Below, piece after piece: positions 6,258-16,166 of a stretch of 64,000 nt of DNA (position 1 is the first letter of the stretch; the number at the start of each line of letters is the position of its first letter). The notes beneath the pieces were generated by a model. That model searched no databases. It worked only from the letters and a program-made list of their open reading frames with translations, and was not told the origin of the DNA. Source of the stretch: a virus; the IMG/VR virus record IMGVR_UViG_3300033149_002985, positions 1-64,000 of that record, one strand, 5' to 3'. Made by a program: the position numbers and the translations under genes.

Positions 6258-6965
6258 ATGGCTTCAAAAAAAGATACTGGATTTAAACCCAAATTTTCAG
6301 GATTAACAACAAGAGAGAAAAAATGGGGATCGGTGCGCTTTAGAGATTACCAAAGCAATTATCCGCATCTACATAAGATGGGTCAATTGTTAATGCTTGA
6401 GGAATTAGTATTTACTGAGGCTCTGCACGAGAAAATAAAAGAAAAAATTGAACAACTTGTGAAATTAAAAAATGATGTAACGGGTTCTGTTGATCCGCTC
6501 CTTCCCAAAAGTATTCAAGATGCTTTAAGGGAAAGTAACGAGGCACAACTTAGACTTAAAGAACGCCTTGGTTTATTTGAAAACAAACAAAAGCTCGATG
6601 CCTTTCGTTCATTTGAGGAACTGAAGGAAGACTTTCGAGAGTACCGTCGAAAAAATCCAAACAGTTTTAAATGCACCTGCCCGTCGTGCTCTTTTATTTT
6701 CTTTTTGAAACGTAGAACTGATTGTTATGAGGAAATTGATTCACCTTGGTTTAAAGACAAAGTATTATACAATCCTCAATTATGGGATGCTTATAAATGT
6801 AAAGAAATTTCTAAGAAGCGGATCGCCGCAGTTTTAGGAACTTCTGAAGACTATATTGATTGGTTAGCCGAAAAGATTTTTGCTGTGAAGAAAAATAATG
6901 TAAGCTCTGATGAACCCTCATTAGAGACACTTTCTCTTCCTGTTGATGATTCTTCTAAGAAATAA
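6258..6965 (+). CDS. hypothetical protein, candidate terminase small subunit
   Basis: First gene of the operon; helical, with CPSC and a C-terminal HTH-like segment (IAAVLGTSEDYI); function inferred from position only. Confidence 0.4.
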   Translation: MASKKDTGFKPKFSGLTTREKKWGSVRFRDYQSNYPHLHKMGQLLMLEELVFTEALHEKIKEKIEQLVKLKNDVTGSVDPLLPKSIQDALRESNEAQLRLKERLGLFENKQKLDAFRSFEELKEDFREYRRKNPNSFKCTCPSCSFIFFLKRRTDCYEEIDSPWFKDKVLYNPQLWDAYKCKEISKKRIAAVLGTSEDYIDWLAEKIFAVKKNNVSSDEPSLETLSLPVDDSSKK

Positions 6966-7053
6966 TTAGAAGACCTTTCCTGTTGTATCTTTTCTAAATC
7001 ACAATTTAAAAATAAATAATGTTCTATAATATATTATAAAGGGGTATTTAAAA

Positions 7054-7506
7054 ATGCTTCGAGATTTAGGTTGGTTAAAAAAAGTTAAAATTTGGAATGG
7101 TACAAATACTGCTGAAGTAACTCCAGCAGGAAGATTACAAGTTGATACTGCTCTCCCTGCTCCTCCTGCGGAGGCTACTGCTGTCTCAGTCACAGAATAT
7201 GGAAATGTTGCTACTGAAAAGGATTATGATTATCTTATTCCAAATGGGGAGACTTTAATAATACAAAGATTCTCAGCAGGTGCAGAACCAGCAGGAGGTA
7301 GTAATATAGAATTATGGTATGACCCTGATGGAACGAAATTAAATATGGAAATTATAGATGTTATTTTTTCAGATGGACAATCAGATCAACATGATTTAAA
7401 TGCTGAATATATTGGAGACGAAACTAAAAGAATTATTATGCGTAGAACGGGAATAGGATCTTCTAATGCAAGACTTATTTTTGGTCGCTGGGAGGGTTAC
7501 TATTAA
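7054..7506 (+). CDS. hypothetical (putative virion) protein
   Basis: 150-aa beta-rich ORF with GGGG RBS. Confidence 0.6.
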   Translation: MLRDLGWLKKVKIWNGTNTAEVTPAGRLQVDTALPAPPAEATAVSVTEYGNVATEKDYDYLIPNGETLIIQRFSAGAEPAGGSNIELWYDPDGTKLNMEIIDVIFSDGQSDQHDLNAEYIGDETKRIIMRRTGIGSSNARLIFGRWEGYY

Positions 7507-7742
7507 TGAAATTATATTGTTCCTGGACTTCTTTAAAACAAATAAAAGAGACTTATCAATTAGATATATATTATTATGATATCACTTGTTATTATGAAAT
7601 TTTAATAATTAATGGATATACAACTTGGTATACTAAAATTTGGCAGGATTGTAGTAAATGTGCAGGTATAAATATAGAAGAAAATAATCTAAATTTATCT
7701 GATTTTATTGATAATTTTAAAACTAATGCTCAAAAATTATGA
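7506..7742 (+). CDS. hypothetical protein
   Basis: Translationally coupled ORF. Confidence 0.6.
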   Translation: MKLYCSWTSLKQIKETYQLDIYYYDITCYYEILIINGYTTWYTKIWQDCSKCAGINIEENNLNLSDFIDNFKTNAQKL

Positions 7743-8269
7743 TTAATATAGAAAATAATATTAGTTTTGAAGATGAATTTATAGTAGTAGATGAAGATGA
7801 TAATCCTGTAACTGGATTAACGCAAGGTGATTTTACTGTTCTTTTATATAATCCGTCTGGAGCCGAAGTATCAGGTTCTGTAACTACAACAATTTCAGAA
7901 ATAGGCAATGGTATTTATAAAATTTTATTTACTCCTAATAAATTAGGAAACTGGGAATTATTAATTTCTAATCCAACTTATTTTCCTTGGAGTAAATATG
8001 GGCATTATAAATCTGTTAAAGCAACAAATGATAAACTCTTTGATTATTTAGAAAGAATTGTTGGATTATCTCAAGAAAATTTTAGGATTTTTAATTCAGA
8101 ATATAATCGTGCTGGCGATTTAACACAAGGTATTATAAAAATTTATGAAAATGCAAATGATGTTGATACTGATACCAATCCAATAGCAACTTATGAAGTG
8201 ATAACCTCTTATGGAAAAGGTAAATATAATAGAAATGTTGTAGGATATAAAGTAAAGAAAACAACTTAA
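7739..8269 (+). CDS. Ig-like fold putative virion protein
   Basis: DNPVTGL...EIGNGIYKILFTP..GNW pattern. Confidence 0.55.
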   Translation: MINIENNISFEDEFIVVDEDDNPVTGLTQGDFTVLLYNPSGAEVSGSVTTTISEIGNGIYKILFTPNKLGNWELLISNPTYFPWSKYGHYKSVKATNDKLFDYLERIVGLSQENFRIFNSEYNRAGDLTQGIIKIYENANDVDTDTNPIATYEVITSYGKGKYNRNVVGYKVKKTT

Positions 8270-8277
8270 AGGTATGC

Positions 8278-9936
8278 ATGGCACAGACAAATCTGACAGA
8301 TGAAGACATCGAGTTCCTTGGGCTTTGGTATACTCCAGTTGCTTTGGTTGAGTGTTTATTCAACGACTTTAACAACTTCACAGCATATAAAAAAGGAAAA
8401 TTTGGCGATGTTAGATTATATCAGTACCCAATGCTTTCAGATGAAGCCTTGATTGATTTTGAGTTGACTGCGGAGCATCACGGAATGAATTTAAAAGAGC
8501 AATTTCAACTAAGAAAAAATGTTGGAGATTTGTATTGTTTTGGAGCTAGAAAATTCGGGAAAACAATGTGTGTTGAAGCTCTCGATTTATTAGTTCATAT
8601 GTTGACCAATGATGAAGGTGGCACAGTAGCATTTTCGTCGGTTGATTTGGCTCATTTAAAACAAGTTTTAGATCCGATTAAAAATGCTCTTGGTAATCAT
8701 AAAATTTTACAGCAATTTAAACGAAAGTTAAAAGGAGCACCAGATTTCCAGTTTGAATTAAAAAATAATGTACTTTTAAGTAGTGTGAATTTTAATTTAA
8801 ATTCCACTACGCCAGGAAGACAATGGTACGGAAAGCACGTTTTTAGATTATATATTGAAGAGGCTTCGCTGGAAACGGATGAAGTGTACGATAAACGCAA
8901 AGACGCACTTTCAGAATTTGGTGCTGTAATGAGATGTAGTGGCATGACTGATTTTACAGTTTTCTCACCACCAGGTAAGGCATTTTATAAATTACAGAAT
9001 CAAAAGTTTGTTTTGAATTTGCCACAATTTGTAAATCCTTTTTGGGATGAAAAAGAAAAGTTAGATCGCATTGAAGAGTATGGTGGCGAAGATGCAATTG
9101 GATATAAAGTTTTTGTCAAGGGCGAAGTAGTGGAAGACGGCGTTACCGCTTTAGATATGAAAAGAATTCGAGATAATTGTTATCTTCTTGACCGTAAAGG
9201 AAATTTTCTAAAGAAAATAAAAAGATTTGAAATTAGTAAAGAGAATTTTCATTTTTGGAGAAATTTAATTGTTGTTCAAAGACCCGACAACGCCGAAAAA
9301 ATTTATATTTCTGCTGATATTGGCAAAAGAGTTACAGAATTAATTATTCATTCAGAAGTTGATAAAACCTATGAATATATTTACAATATCACCCTTTACA
9401 ATTTAACACAACAAGAAGTCGAAACAATTTTCAAGCATGTTATTAAAAAAATCGGAGCAAATGTTATTGCTATTGATTGTGGAGATGGAGAAGGTCGGGG
9501 AATTTTTAGTGCATTTGAACTTGAGTTTCCAAAAGACCATTTGGTTTATTATGATGGTAGTATGAAAATAAAAGTTGGATATGAATATGAAGAAGAACAG
9601 GATGAAAATGGCGAAATAGATAAAGTAATAAAAATGGAGAATAATAAACCTGTTTATAAGTACGAGTTAATGTCAGATTTTTCTGTTCAAAGGTTAAAAC
9701 ATTTATTGTATAATGCGAGATGTAGAATCCCGAAAGATTTTAAGTTTGATCTCCAGTTTAGCAAAGTTATCGAAACAGTAATAGGCGGTAAAGTAAAATA
9801 TAAATGTTTAAGTACTCAAGGAGACCATCTTTTTGATGGTTGGAAAGTTTTTGCGATTGCACAGTTTATAAAGGACGATTTTGTAAGTTTAGAAGAAATT
9901 GAAACGGACGAACCTGGAAGCGGAGCAATATCTTAA
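8278..9936 (+). CDS. terL: terminase large subunit
   Basis: Walker A GARKFGKT, Walker B LYIEE, nuclease ADIG / IDCG / DHLFD; size and position before the portal. Confidence 0.85.
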   Translation: MAQTNLTDEDIEFLGLWYTPVALVECLFNDFNNFTAYKKGKFGDVRLYQYPMLSDEALIDFELTAEHHGMNLKEQFQLRKNVGDLYCFGARKFGKTMCVEALDLLVHMLTNDEGGTVAFSSVDLAHLKQVLDPIKNALGNHKILQQFKRKLKGAPDFQFELKNNVLLSSVNFNLNSTTPGRQWYGKHVFRLYIEEASLETDEVYDKRKDALSEFGAVMRCSGMTDFTVFSPPGKAFYKLQNQKFVLNLPQFVNPFWDEKEKLDRIEEYGGEDAIGYKVFVKGEVVEDGVTALDMKRIRDNCYLLDRKGNFLKKIKRFEISKENFHFWRNLIVVQRPDNAEKIYISADIGKRVTELIIHSEVDKTYEYIYNITLYNLTQQEVETIFKHVIKKIGANVIAIDCGDGEGRGIFSAFELEFPKDHLVYYDGSMKIKVGYEYEEEQDENGEIDKVIKMENNKPVYKYELMSDFSVQRLKHLLYNARCRIPKDFKFDLQFSKVIETVIGGKVKYKCLSTQGDHLFDGWKVFAIAQFIKDDFVSLEEIETDEPGSGAIS

Positions 9937-9947
9937 AAGGAATAAAT

Positions 9948-11741
9948 ATGGTAAATAACGATACTCAATTTTTAATAAATAATTTAATGCATTTAATGAT
10001 GCAAAAGATTTATGTACCCTCAGATTTTCATGGTAGGGTACAAGCTGTTAAAGAAATGCAAGATAATGATGTATCTGGCTTAGTAGACTCTTTAACTGAT
10101 TTTCAAGTTCAATCTGCTTCTGTAGATTTTAATATTGAAACTAGTAATGATGAGCTTACTGCCATTTATAAAAATTGGTCGGATAATATTAATCGAGACT
10201 ATGATGGAAAAATTCCTACTGGAATTAAACCATTAGCTGAAGAATATTTCAAAGAGAGATGGAAATACTCTTCTTTTCCTATATTAAATATTGCAAAATG
10301 GGAAGCAGACCCTAAAAGTAAACTTATATTACCTTCAAAAATGTTCTTTTTCGATGGCGAAAGTGTTTATGCTAAAGATAAAAACCCAGATAGTCAAGCA
10401 CTAGGAATAGACCAATACAATTATTATATTGGCCAGGAAATGAAATCTCAACATCTTTTAAAGAGCAATGTTATTTTTAGTAGAGCTAATGGTAAATGGA
10501 GCGACAAATATCCTAATCCTGTATTAATTAAAAGGGGAATATATTATAATTGGAGAATTATCGAGGCATTAAAACGAAACGAAATTGATGTGTTAGACCA
10601 AGTAATACCTTATTTATTTGTTATTAAAAAGAATACTGAACGATTAATGATTGATAAAAATCGCAAGTATTCAGATGAAAAATTACAAGAAATAATTACT
10701 AAATTTGAAGAATTGATTAATAAAAGCCAAGATGCTAAAACATCTCTTGCTGGTAAATCAACACCTATTAGGGCAACTCAAATTGACGAAGAAATTCAAC
10801 ATTTAATTCCAGATTTAGAAGCTTTATTTAAACTGGAATTATTTGCGTCTGCTGAAAAAAATATTTTATCAGGATTAGGATTTATTGATGTTATAGATTC
10901 CGCAACTTCGACAAGAAGAGAATCAATTTTAAATCCAAAACCGTTTATTCAAGAAGTTACGTCAGGAGTAGAAGGATTTAAACAAGTTATGAAAGACCTT
11001 GTTATTAAAATTAAACAAAAAAACGAGGAACATTCTAAATATATGAATGCGTCTTATGAAATTACCTCTACACCGATTAAAGGTTTTATGACTGATAAAT
11101 TTAAAGAAAGAATTCGCCAGTTATGGGATAGGGGTGTTATTTCTTCTCAAACAGCAGTTGAGATTATTGGAGAAAATATTAATCCTAAAGTTGAAATTCA
11201 AAGACGTGAAAATGAGGCAAAAACTGGTATTGACCTTGTTTTATATCCTCATTTAACAGATAATACAGAAGATAAAGGAATTGATATTGCAGGGCAACCA
11301 GAAGAAGATGATACCGATATTCCAGATGATAAAAAAGACAAAGTTGAAAAGCAAAATTTTGATAAAGCATCTTTAAATAATCCTTTAGAAGAAGAAATGG
11401 AATTAATTGGTTCTCCTTATGCTTCTATAAAAGATTTGCCAAAAAGTATTTCTGAACGAATTAGAGGTATTGACAAAAGACGAGCTTGGTTAAGAATTTT
11501 TAATAGTGCTTATAATTATTATCTAGGAAAATTTGGAAGTGCCCAAAGAGCTGAATCTTTAGCTTTTGCTACTGCAAATTCAAAAATTAAAACTGTTAAT
11601 TTGAAAGTTAAGAAGAAAAAAATAATCAAACAAAAAACTCCAGATAAAGCACAATTAGAAAAGGAAACGGTAGACAAGGAAATAAAAAACAAACAAAATT
11701 CATTATTGGACAAATTACTTGGGCGACAAAATAAGGAATAG
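9948..11741 (+). CDS. portal protein with C-terminal ChaB-like domain
   Basis: Follows TerL, 597 aa; PYASIKDLP...IFNSAY...AFATA resembles ChaB. Confidence 0.7.
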   Translation: MVNNDTQFLINNLMHLMMQKIYVPSDFHGRVQAVKEMQDNDVSGLVDSLTDFQVQSASVDFNIETSNDELTAIYKNWSDNINRDYDGKIPTGIKPLAEEYFKERWKYSSFPILNIAKWEADPKSKLILPSKMFFFDGESVYAKDKNPDSQALGIDQYNYYIGQEMKSQHLLKSNVIFSRANGKWSDKYPNPVLIKRGIYYNWRIIEALKRNEIDVLDQVIPYLFVIKKNTERLMIDKNRKYSDEKLQEIITKFEELINKSQDAKTSLAGKSTPIRATQIDEEIQHLIPDLEALFKLELFASAEKNILSGLGFIDVIDSATSTRRESILNPKPFIQEVTSGVEGFKQVMKDLVIKIKQKNEEHSKYMNASYEITSTPIKGFMTDKFKERIRQLWDRGVISSQTAVEIIGENINPKVEIQRRENEAKTGIDLVLYPHLTDNTEDKGIDIAGQPEEDDTDIPDDKKDKVEKQNFDKASLNNPLEEEMELIGSPYASIKDLPKSISERIRGIDKRRAWLRIFNSAYNYYLGKFGSAQRAESLAFATANSKIKTVNLKVKKKKIIKQKTPDKAQLEKETVDKEIKNKQNSLLDKLLGRQNKE

Positions 11742-11743
11742 AT

Positions 11744-12088
11744 ATGAAATATTTTACTAATCAAAGTTTAACTGAAGAAATTTCTGGCGATACTTTATAT
11801 TTGGGAATAGTAGATGCTGGAGACTCAAAAAAATATTCAATATGGGTATTAAATGATTATGGAACTTTGATTAAAGATTTGAAATTTGCGATAACTAAGA
11901 TTAAAATAGAAAACGGTAAAAAAATTGTAACCTCTTTACCACATCCAGAAATAAAAATAACAAAGGCTCCTGAAGCAATGCCAATAGATGATAGACAAGA
12001 AATAATTTTTACGTGGTTGCCAGAAGTAACTTTAAAAGAAGGATTATTAGTATCTTTAAATATGGTTGGCAGAGAACTTTGGGGATAA
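11744..12088 (+). CDS. hypothetical protein
   Basis: ORF with AAGGA RBS. Confidence 0.6.
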   Translation: MKYFTNQSLTEEISGDTLYLGIVDAGDSKKYSIWVLNDYGTLIKDLKFAITKIKIENGKKIVTSLPHPEIKITKAPEAMPIDDRQEIIFTWLPEVTLKEGLLVSLNMVGRELWG

Positions 12089-12101
12089 TTTAGATTTTTA
12101 T

Positions 12102-12683
12102 ATGAAAATAAGAGCACTTTCATTAATTACAAAAGGAATTTTAGCAGGTAGAAAAGCGATAAGCCTTGTAACTAAAGGTATTTTAGATAAAATTGCTTAT
12201 GGTGGAGAACCAACTACTAAACTTAGAGATATTTCTTCTAGTTTAGTTTTAATTGGTAAGAAACGATTAAATATAGATAGTTCTTTACAAATAACAGGTA
12301 AAAAATTAATTTTGATAGAATCTTCTCTTATAATAGTAGGAAAAAGAGAATTGCCTATTGAAAGATTGTTACTTATAAAAGCAATAGTTTCAAAGTCTTT
12401 AGAAGATCATTTGAATTTAACAGGTTCACGAACAATTCCTTTGAATAGTCGATTAAAATTAAAAGCTTCAAAAAGATTTGATATATCTAAAGATTTGTTG
12501 CTTCAAGGAAAGAGAATAATCCCTTTTACTGATTCAAAAAAATTAACAGGTAAAAGAACGATTTCGTTTAATAAAGAGATAAGACTTAGAGGTAAGAAAC
12601 AATTAAAGATAAATCAAAATTTAGAAGTTAAAGGCAAAAGAGGAATAACAAACATTTTGTTTGCTCTTGATTTGCTAAAATAG
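12102..12683 (+). CDS. basic 14-aa periodic repeat protein
   Basis: About ten units of xxLx(L/I)x(G/A)K(K/R)xxxxx. Confidence 0.65.
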   Translation: MKIRALSLITKGILAGRKAISLVTKGILDKIAYGGEPTTKLRDISSSLVLIGKKRLNIDSSLQITGKKLILIESSLIIVGKRELPIERLLLIKAIVSKSLEDHLNLTGSRTIPLNSRLKLKASKRFDISKDLLLQGKRIIPFTDSKKLTGKRTISFNKEIRLRGKKQLKINQNLEVKGKRGITNILFALDLLK

Positions 12684-12702
12684 GTTTTTGGAGGAAATTA
12701 TA

Positions 12703-14631
12703 ATGGCTCAACGATTAACGAACACAGGAATTCAAAGTTTTTTACAAGATTTTAAAGAGAATTCTCGTACACAAATTTATGAAAGTGGAAAACAGAAAGA
12801 CGAAATTATAGCTATTGCTAAAGCTAAAATGGGAATAGATTTAAAAAACAATAGCGATCTTGCAGGATTCAAAACAATTTATACCTTTGCTGATAAGTTT
12901 AATGGGAATGGATCTCGTTTACCAAAGCAATTATTATTAAAAGCCCTCCCTACTTTGATTGGAAAACCTGTTAATATTAACCACGTTCGGAACTACGTAG
13001 TTGGTTATTATATTGATTATTGTTATGTTGAAGCTAAAGACCAAGTGGTTGCTTATGGTCTATTTTTCAAGAGTAATTTTGGAGAAGAGTGGGCGGAAGC
13101 CAAAAATCTTTTAAAATCCAATCAATTAGGCACAAGTCATGAAGTGTGGAGTCCAGAAAAAACTAGAAAGTATTTTGCAGATGGTACATATGAATCTACT
13201 GTAATTGAATTCGCAGGTGGCGCATTAATTTATCGAGGACAGCCAGATCCTTTAATGCCTGGAAGAAAAATGCATACTGCTCATCGAGGTTGCGACGTTT
13301 TAGAATTGGCAATGCAACATATGGACAAAAAACCTGGTGATATGCTTTTCGCTTCTTTAGAAGACTCTAAGAAAATTTATAATAAAGAAGATTTAATTGT
13401 TGCTTCAGAAGCCGAAGAATTTGTGGAAAGAATTAAAGAAGATATTCAGCAACGAGTTGATTCTGGTTCTTATAAGGAAAATAATTCACCTCAACAAGTT
13501 CCTAAAGTTATTTGTGAGCATTGTAAATATGAATTTGAAACTTTAGAAGTAGGAGAAATAACTTGTCAAGAATGCAAATCTATTATTGATAGAACAGGTA
13601 AGGTTTTATTCCCTCCTCAAGTTATAGATTTTAATTTTAATGATCCCGATGACGGTTATGCAAATTGGCGTTTAATTGAAAATAGTAACGAATCTGCTAT
13701 TATTAAAAATACTGATACTGGAAAAATTTATGAATTGAATTTTAAGATGTCAGATTCTAATGATGAAATTTTAAATAAAATAAGTTTTGTTTATATTGGA
13801 AGTGCTTCTTGTCCTCAATGCGGATATACCCAATCAATTTCAACAAGTTCTAAAGATGAAAATTTTGAATTAAATTGTCCTCGTTGTGAATTAAGATTTC
13901 ATAAAAATATAAAACGAGATGGTTTAAGGAAACAAATTACGAATTACATAGATATCACAGAAGATTTTAAAAATAGAACTACAAAGAAGGTGGTTAAAGA
14001 ACAAATGACCGATCAAATAACAGAACTAGATGTGGCAAGTTTGCCAACGGAAAATAAAATGGAATTAGAAGTTGCAAGTTTAATTAAGAAGGAAGAGGTT
14101 ATTTGTAATTTAGAAGTAGCCAACCTTCAAGAAACTGAGGTTTCTCTTGACCTTGAAATAGCAAATCAAGTTTCCACAGTTGTATTAGAAACAGCCTCTT
14201 TAAATAATGTAGAGGTAACAAATGTTAATCAAATTGAAAGGTATAAATCTTTCATTAAAAAGATTGTAAACAAGGTTCGTAAATTAAGGAAAGAAGCGAA
14301 TCTTGATACTGCAAGTTTAAAGTCTGCAAATACGCTAGAAATAGCAAAGATACAAGAGAAAGCAGATACAAAGATAGAGTTTTATAAAACCAATGCTGTT
14401 GAATTAGTTAAGCGTAGAGATGTGCTTGGTGAATTCGGAAGCGAATTATCCAATGAAAAGATAATGGATGATAATGCTTATGCATTGGCAAAGTCTGAAA
14501 AAGACAATGCCCTTCTTAAAGCAAGTTTGAACAGTGGAATCGAAGTTATTGGAGATAAACCTTCAATACACGGAGACAATTCTGAGCTAAAACGCTTGAG
14601 TGATGAGATAACTAAGAAGGCATTTAAATAA
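12703..14631 (+). CDS. prohead protease/scaffold fusion with zinc ribbons
   Basis: GKPVNINH and GTSHE putative catalytic motifs, four CxxC, coiled-coil C-terminus, directly before the capsid gene; GGAGG RBS. Confidence 0.7.
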   Translation: MAQRLTNTGIQSFLQDFKENSRTQIYESGKQKDEIIAIAKAKMGIDLKNNSDLAGFKTIYTFADKFNGNGSRLPKQLLLKALPTLIGKPVNINHVRNYVVGYYIDYCYVEAKDQVVAYGLFFKSNFGEEWAEAKNLLKSNQLGTSHEVWSPEKTRKYFADGTYESTVIEFAGGALIYRGQPDPLMPGRKMHTAHRGCDVLELAMQHMDKKPGDMLFASLEDSKKIYNKEDLIVASEAEEFVERIKEDIQQRVDSGSYKENNSPQQVPKVICEHCKYEFETLEVGEITCQECKSIIDRTGKVLFPPQVIDFNFNDPDDGYANWRLIENSNESAIIKNTDTGKIYELNFKMSDSNDEILNKISFVYIGSASCPQCGYTQSISTSSKDENFELNCPRCELRFHKNIKRDGLRKQITNYIDITEDFKNRTTKKVVKEQMTDQITELDVASLPTENKMELEVASLIKKEEVICNLEVANLQETEVSLDLEIANQVSTVVLETASLNNVEVTNVNQIERYKSFIKKIVNKVRKLRKEANLDTASLKSANTLEIAKIQEKADTKIEFYKTNAVELVKRRDVLGEFGSELSNEKIMDDNAYALAKSEKDNALLKASLNSGIEVIGDKPSIHGDNSELKRLSDEITKKAFK

Positions 14632-14655
14632 AATTTTTAAGGAGAAATACAGAAA

Positions 14656-15648
14656 ATGTTAAATGAATTTGACCCAAACAGACGTTATGATTTGGAAATC
14701 GCTAAACTTATTAACGAGCCAATCAATACGCAACTTCCTTGTGCCGTCGCAATTACTGAAATTGCTGACGTGTATACTGCGGAGCCTGGCGAACACGTTT
14801 GGAGAATTAAAAATCTAGATAATACGGCTGATATTGTGTTATCCGTAGATGCTAATGGGATTCTTACCCCTGTGAAACGAACACCTTTACAGGATGTAGA
14901 ATTAGCCTTTAGTGGTTTTAACTCCAAATTAGAGTATGTTTTGCTTGAAGATGTTTTAAATAAAGTAGATACTGATGCTTTATCTCGAAGGAAAGAATCT
15001 ATTACTAGAGGAATGGATAAGAAAGAAGTTAAATTAATTCTGGATGCTATCTTGACACCTACTAATGCGGTATTTCCTCACAATAAAGTTGGAGGTTATA
15101 CGGTTTCTATTGAGTCTGGAGATGACATTTATGATGTTTATTTCAAGGCAAAACACGGCGTTGAAGATTACGGTGACAATTATAGTTCTTTAGTCGGTTC
15201 TACTGTTAAAGAAAAAATTGACACTTATGATAAGGATAATGTAACGACTTTCAATTACAACATTGTTTTAACTGATCGTCTTGCAAAAATCGGAGTTTCT
15301 GTTCGAAAGGTTTTCGGTAAAGTTTCTGTGGCATCTAACGAAGCAGAAGTAGATCTTTTGGATAAGAAAACGATGATTTTAGTTGCGAAGGATTCAACTA
15401 TTACTGACGGAAAGCCAATTCAGTTTGTGCGTCGCAAAATTAGTCCTGCGATTGCTAAATGGATGGGTGTTAATCCTGATAGTGCTCAACGAGCAATTAT
15501 AGTTGGTAATACGCCTGTTGTTATTAATACGGCCGGTGTTACTGACCAGGTACTTGGATTTAGCGTAGTTGGTTATGAGAGTTTTGTAATGTGTATTAAG
15601 AACCCTTATGCCATTGCAACGGCAGATCTTACTTCGATCCTTTCGTAA
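14656..15648 (+). CDS. major capsid protein
   Basis: 330 aa, position after protease/scaffold, strong AAGGAG RBS, downstream hairpin. Confidence 0.75.
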   Translation: MLNEFDPNRRYDLEIAKLINEPINTQLPCAVAITEIADVYTAEPGEHVWRIKNLDNTADIVLSVDANGILTPVKRTPLQDVELAFSGFNSKLEYVLLEDVLNKVDTDALSRRKESITRGMDKKEVKLILDAILTPTNAVFPHNKVGGYTVSIESGDDIYDVYFKAKHGVEDYGDNYSSLVGSTVKEKIDTYDKDNVTTFNYNIVLTDRLAKIGVSVRKVFGKVSVASNEAEVDLLDKKTMILVAKDSTITDGKPIQFVRRKISPAIAKWMGVNPDSAQRAIIVGNTPVVINTAGVTDQVLGFSVVGYESFVMCIKNPYAIATADLTSILS

Positions 15649-15667
15649 GTAATTTTTGATAGATGTA

Positions 15668-15705
15668 AAGGAGATGGGGAGTCGCCAAGCGTCTTCCCTC
15701 TCCTT
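15668..15705 (+). terminator. stem-loop after the capsid gene
   Basis: AAGGAGATGGGGA / TTCCCTCTCCTT inverted repeat. Confidence 0.55.
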
Positions 15706-15734
15706 AGTTTGATATAAATGAAGAAAGGAATCAT

Positions 15735-16166
15735 ATGATAGTTTTTAAAACTGGTGTATCCAACAAAGAAAAGAAAGAGATTATATCTATACTCGCAGAA
15801 AATGTCGATTTATTTTCAGATTTTTATATCACAAAAAATAATCTAAGATTATCTATTAAAGAAAATCTTCCTGTTTTGTTTGATTGTTTAAAAAAAGGTG
15901 ATAAAATAGCTTTTGATGAAAATGGAGTGGGTATAATTGTCGGTTATTCTGATAATGCACCAAGAAAATATTTAAAAATATTAGCTAAAAAGGATAAAGA
16001 TGTCGAAGCCTTGGTTAAGATTATTTCTTGGAATATAAAAGAAGATCTTTGGGTTAAGATTAAAAAAAATAATCCAATGAGAAAGATATTAGAAAAAAAT
16101 AATTTTAGATTTAAAGCAGGAAGAGGAGCTGAAGTGCTTTTAATTAAAAGGAAATCCAACCAATGA
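15735..16166 (+). CDS. hypothetical protein, GNAT-like C-terminal motif
   Basis: KNNPMRKILEKNNF resembles GNAT motif B. Confidence 0.4.
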   Translation: MIVFKTGVSNKEKKEIISILAENVDLFSDFYITKNNLRLSIKENLPVLFDCLKKGDKIAFDENGVGIIVGYSDNAPRKYLKILAKKDKDVEALVKIISWNIKEDLWVKIKKNNPMRKILEKNNFRFKAGRGAEVLLIKRKSNQ

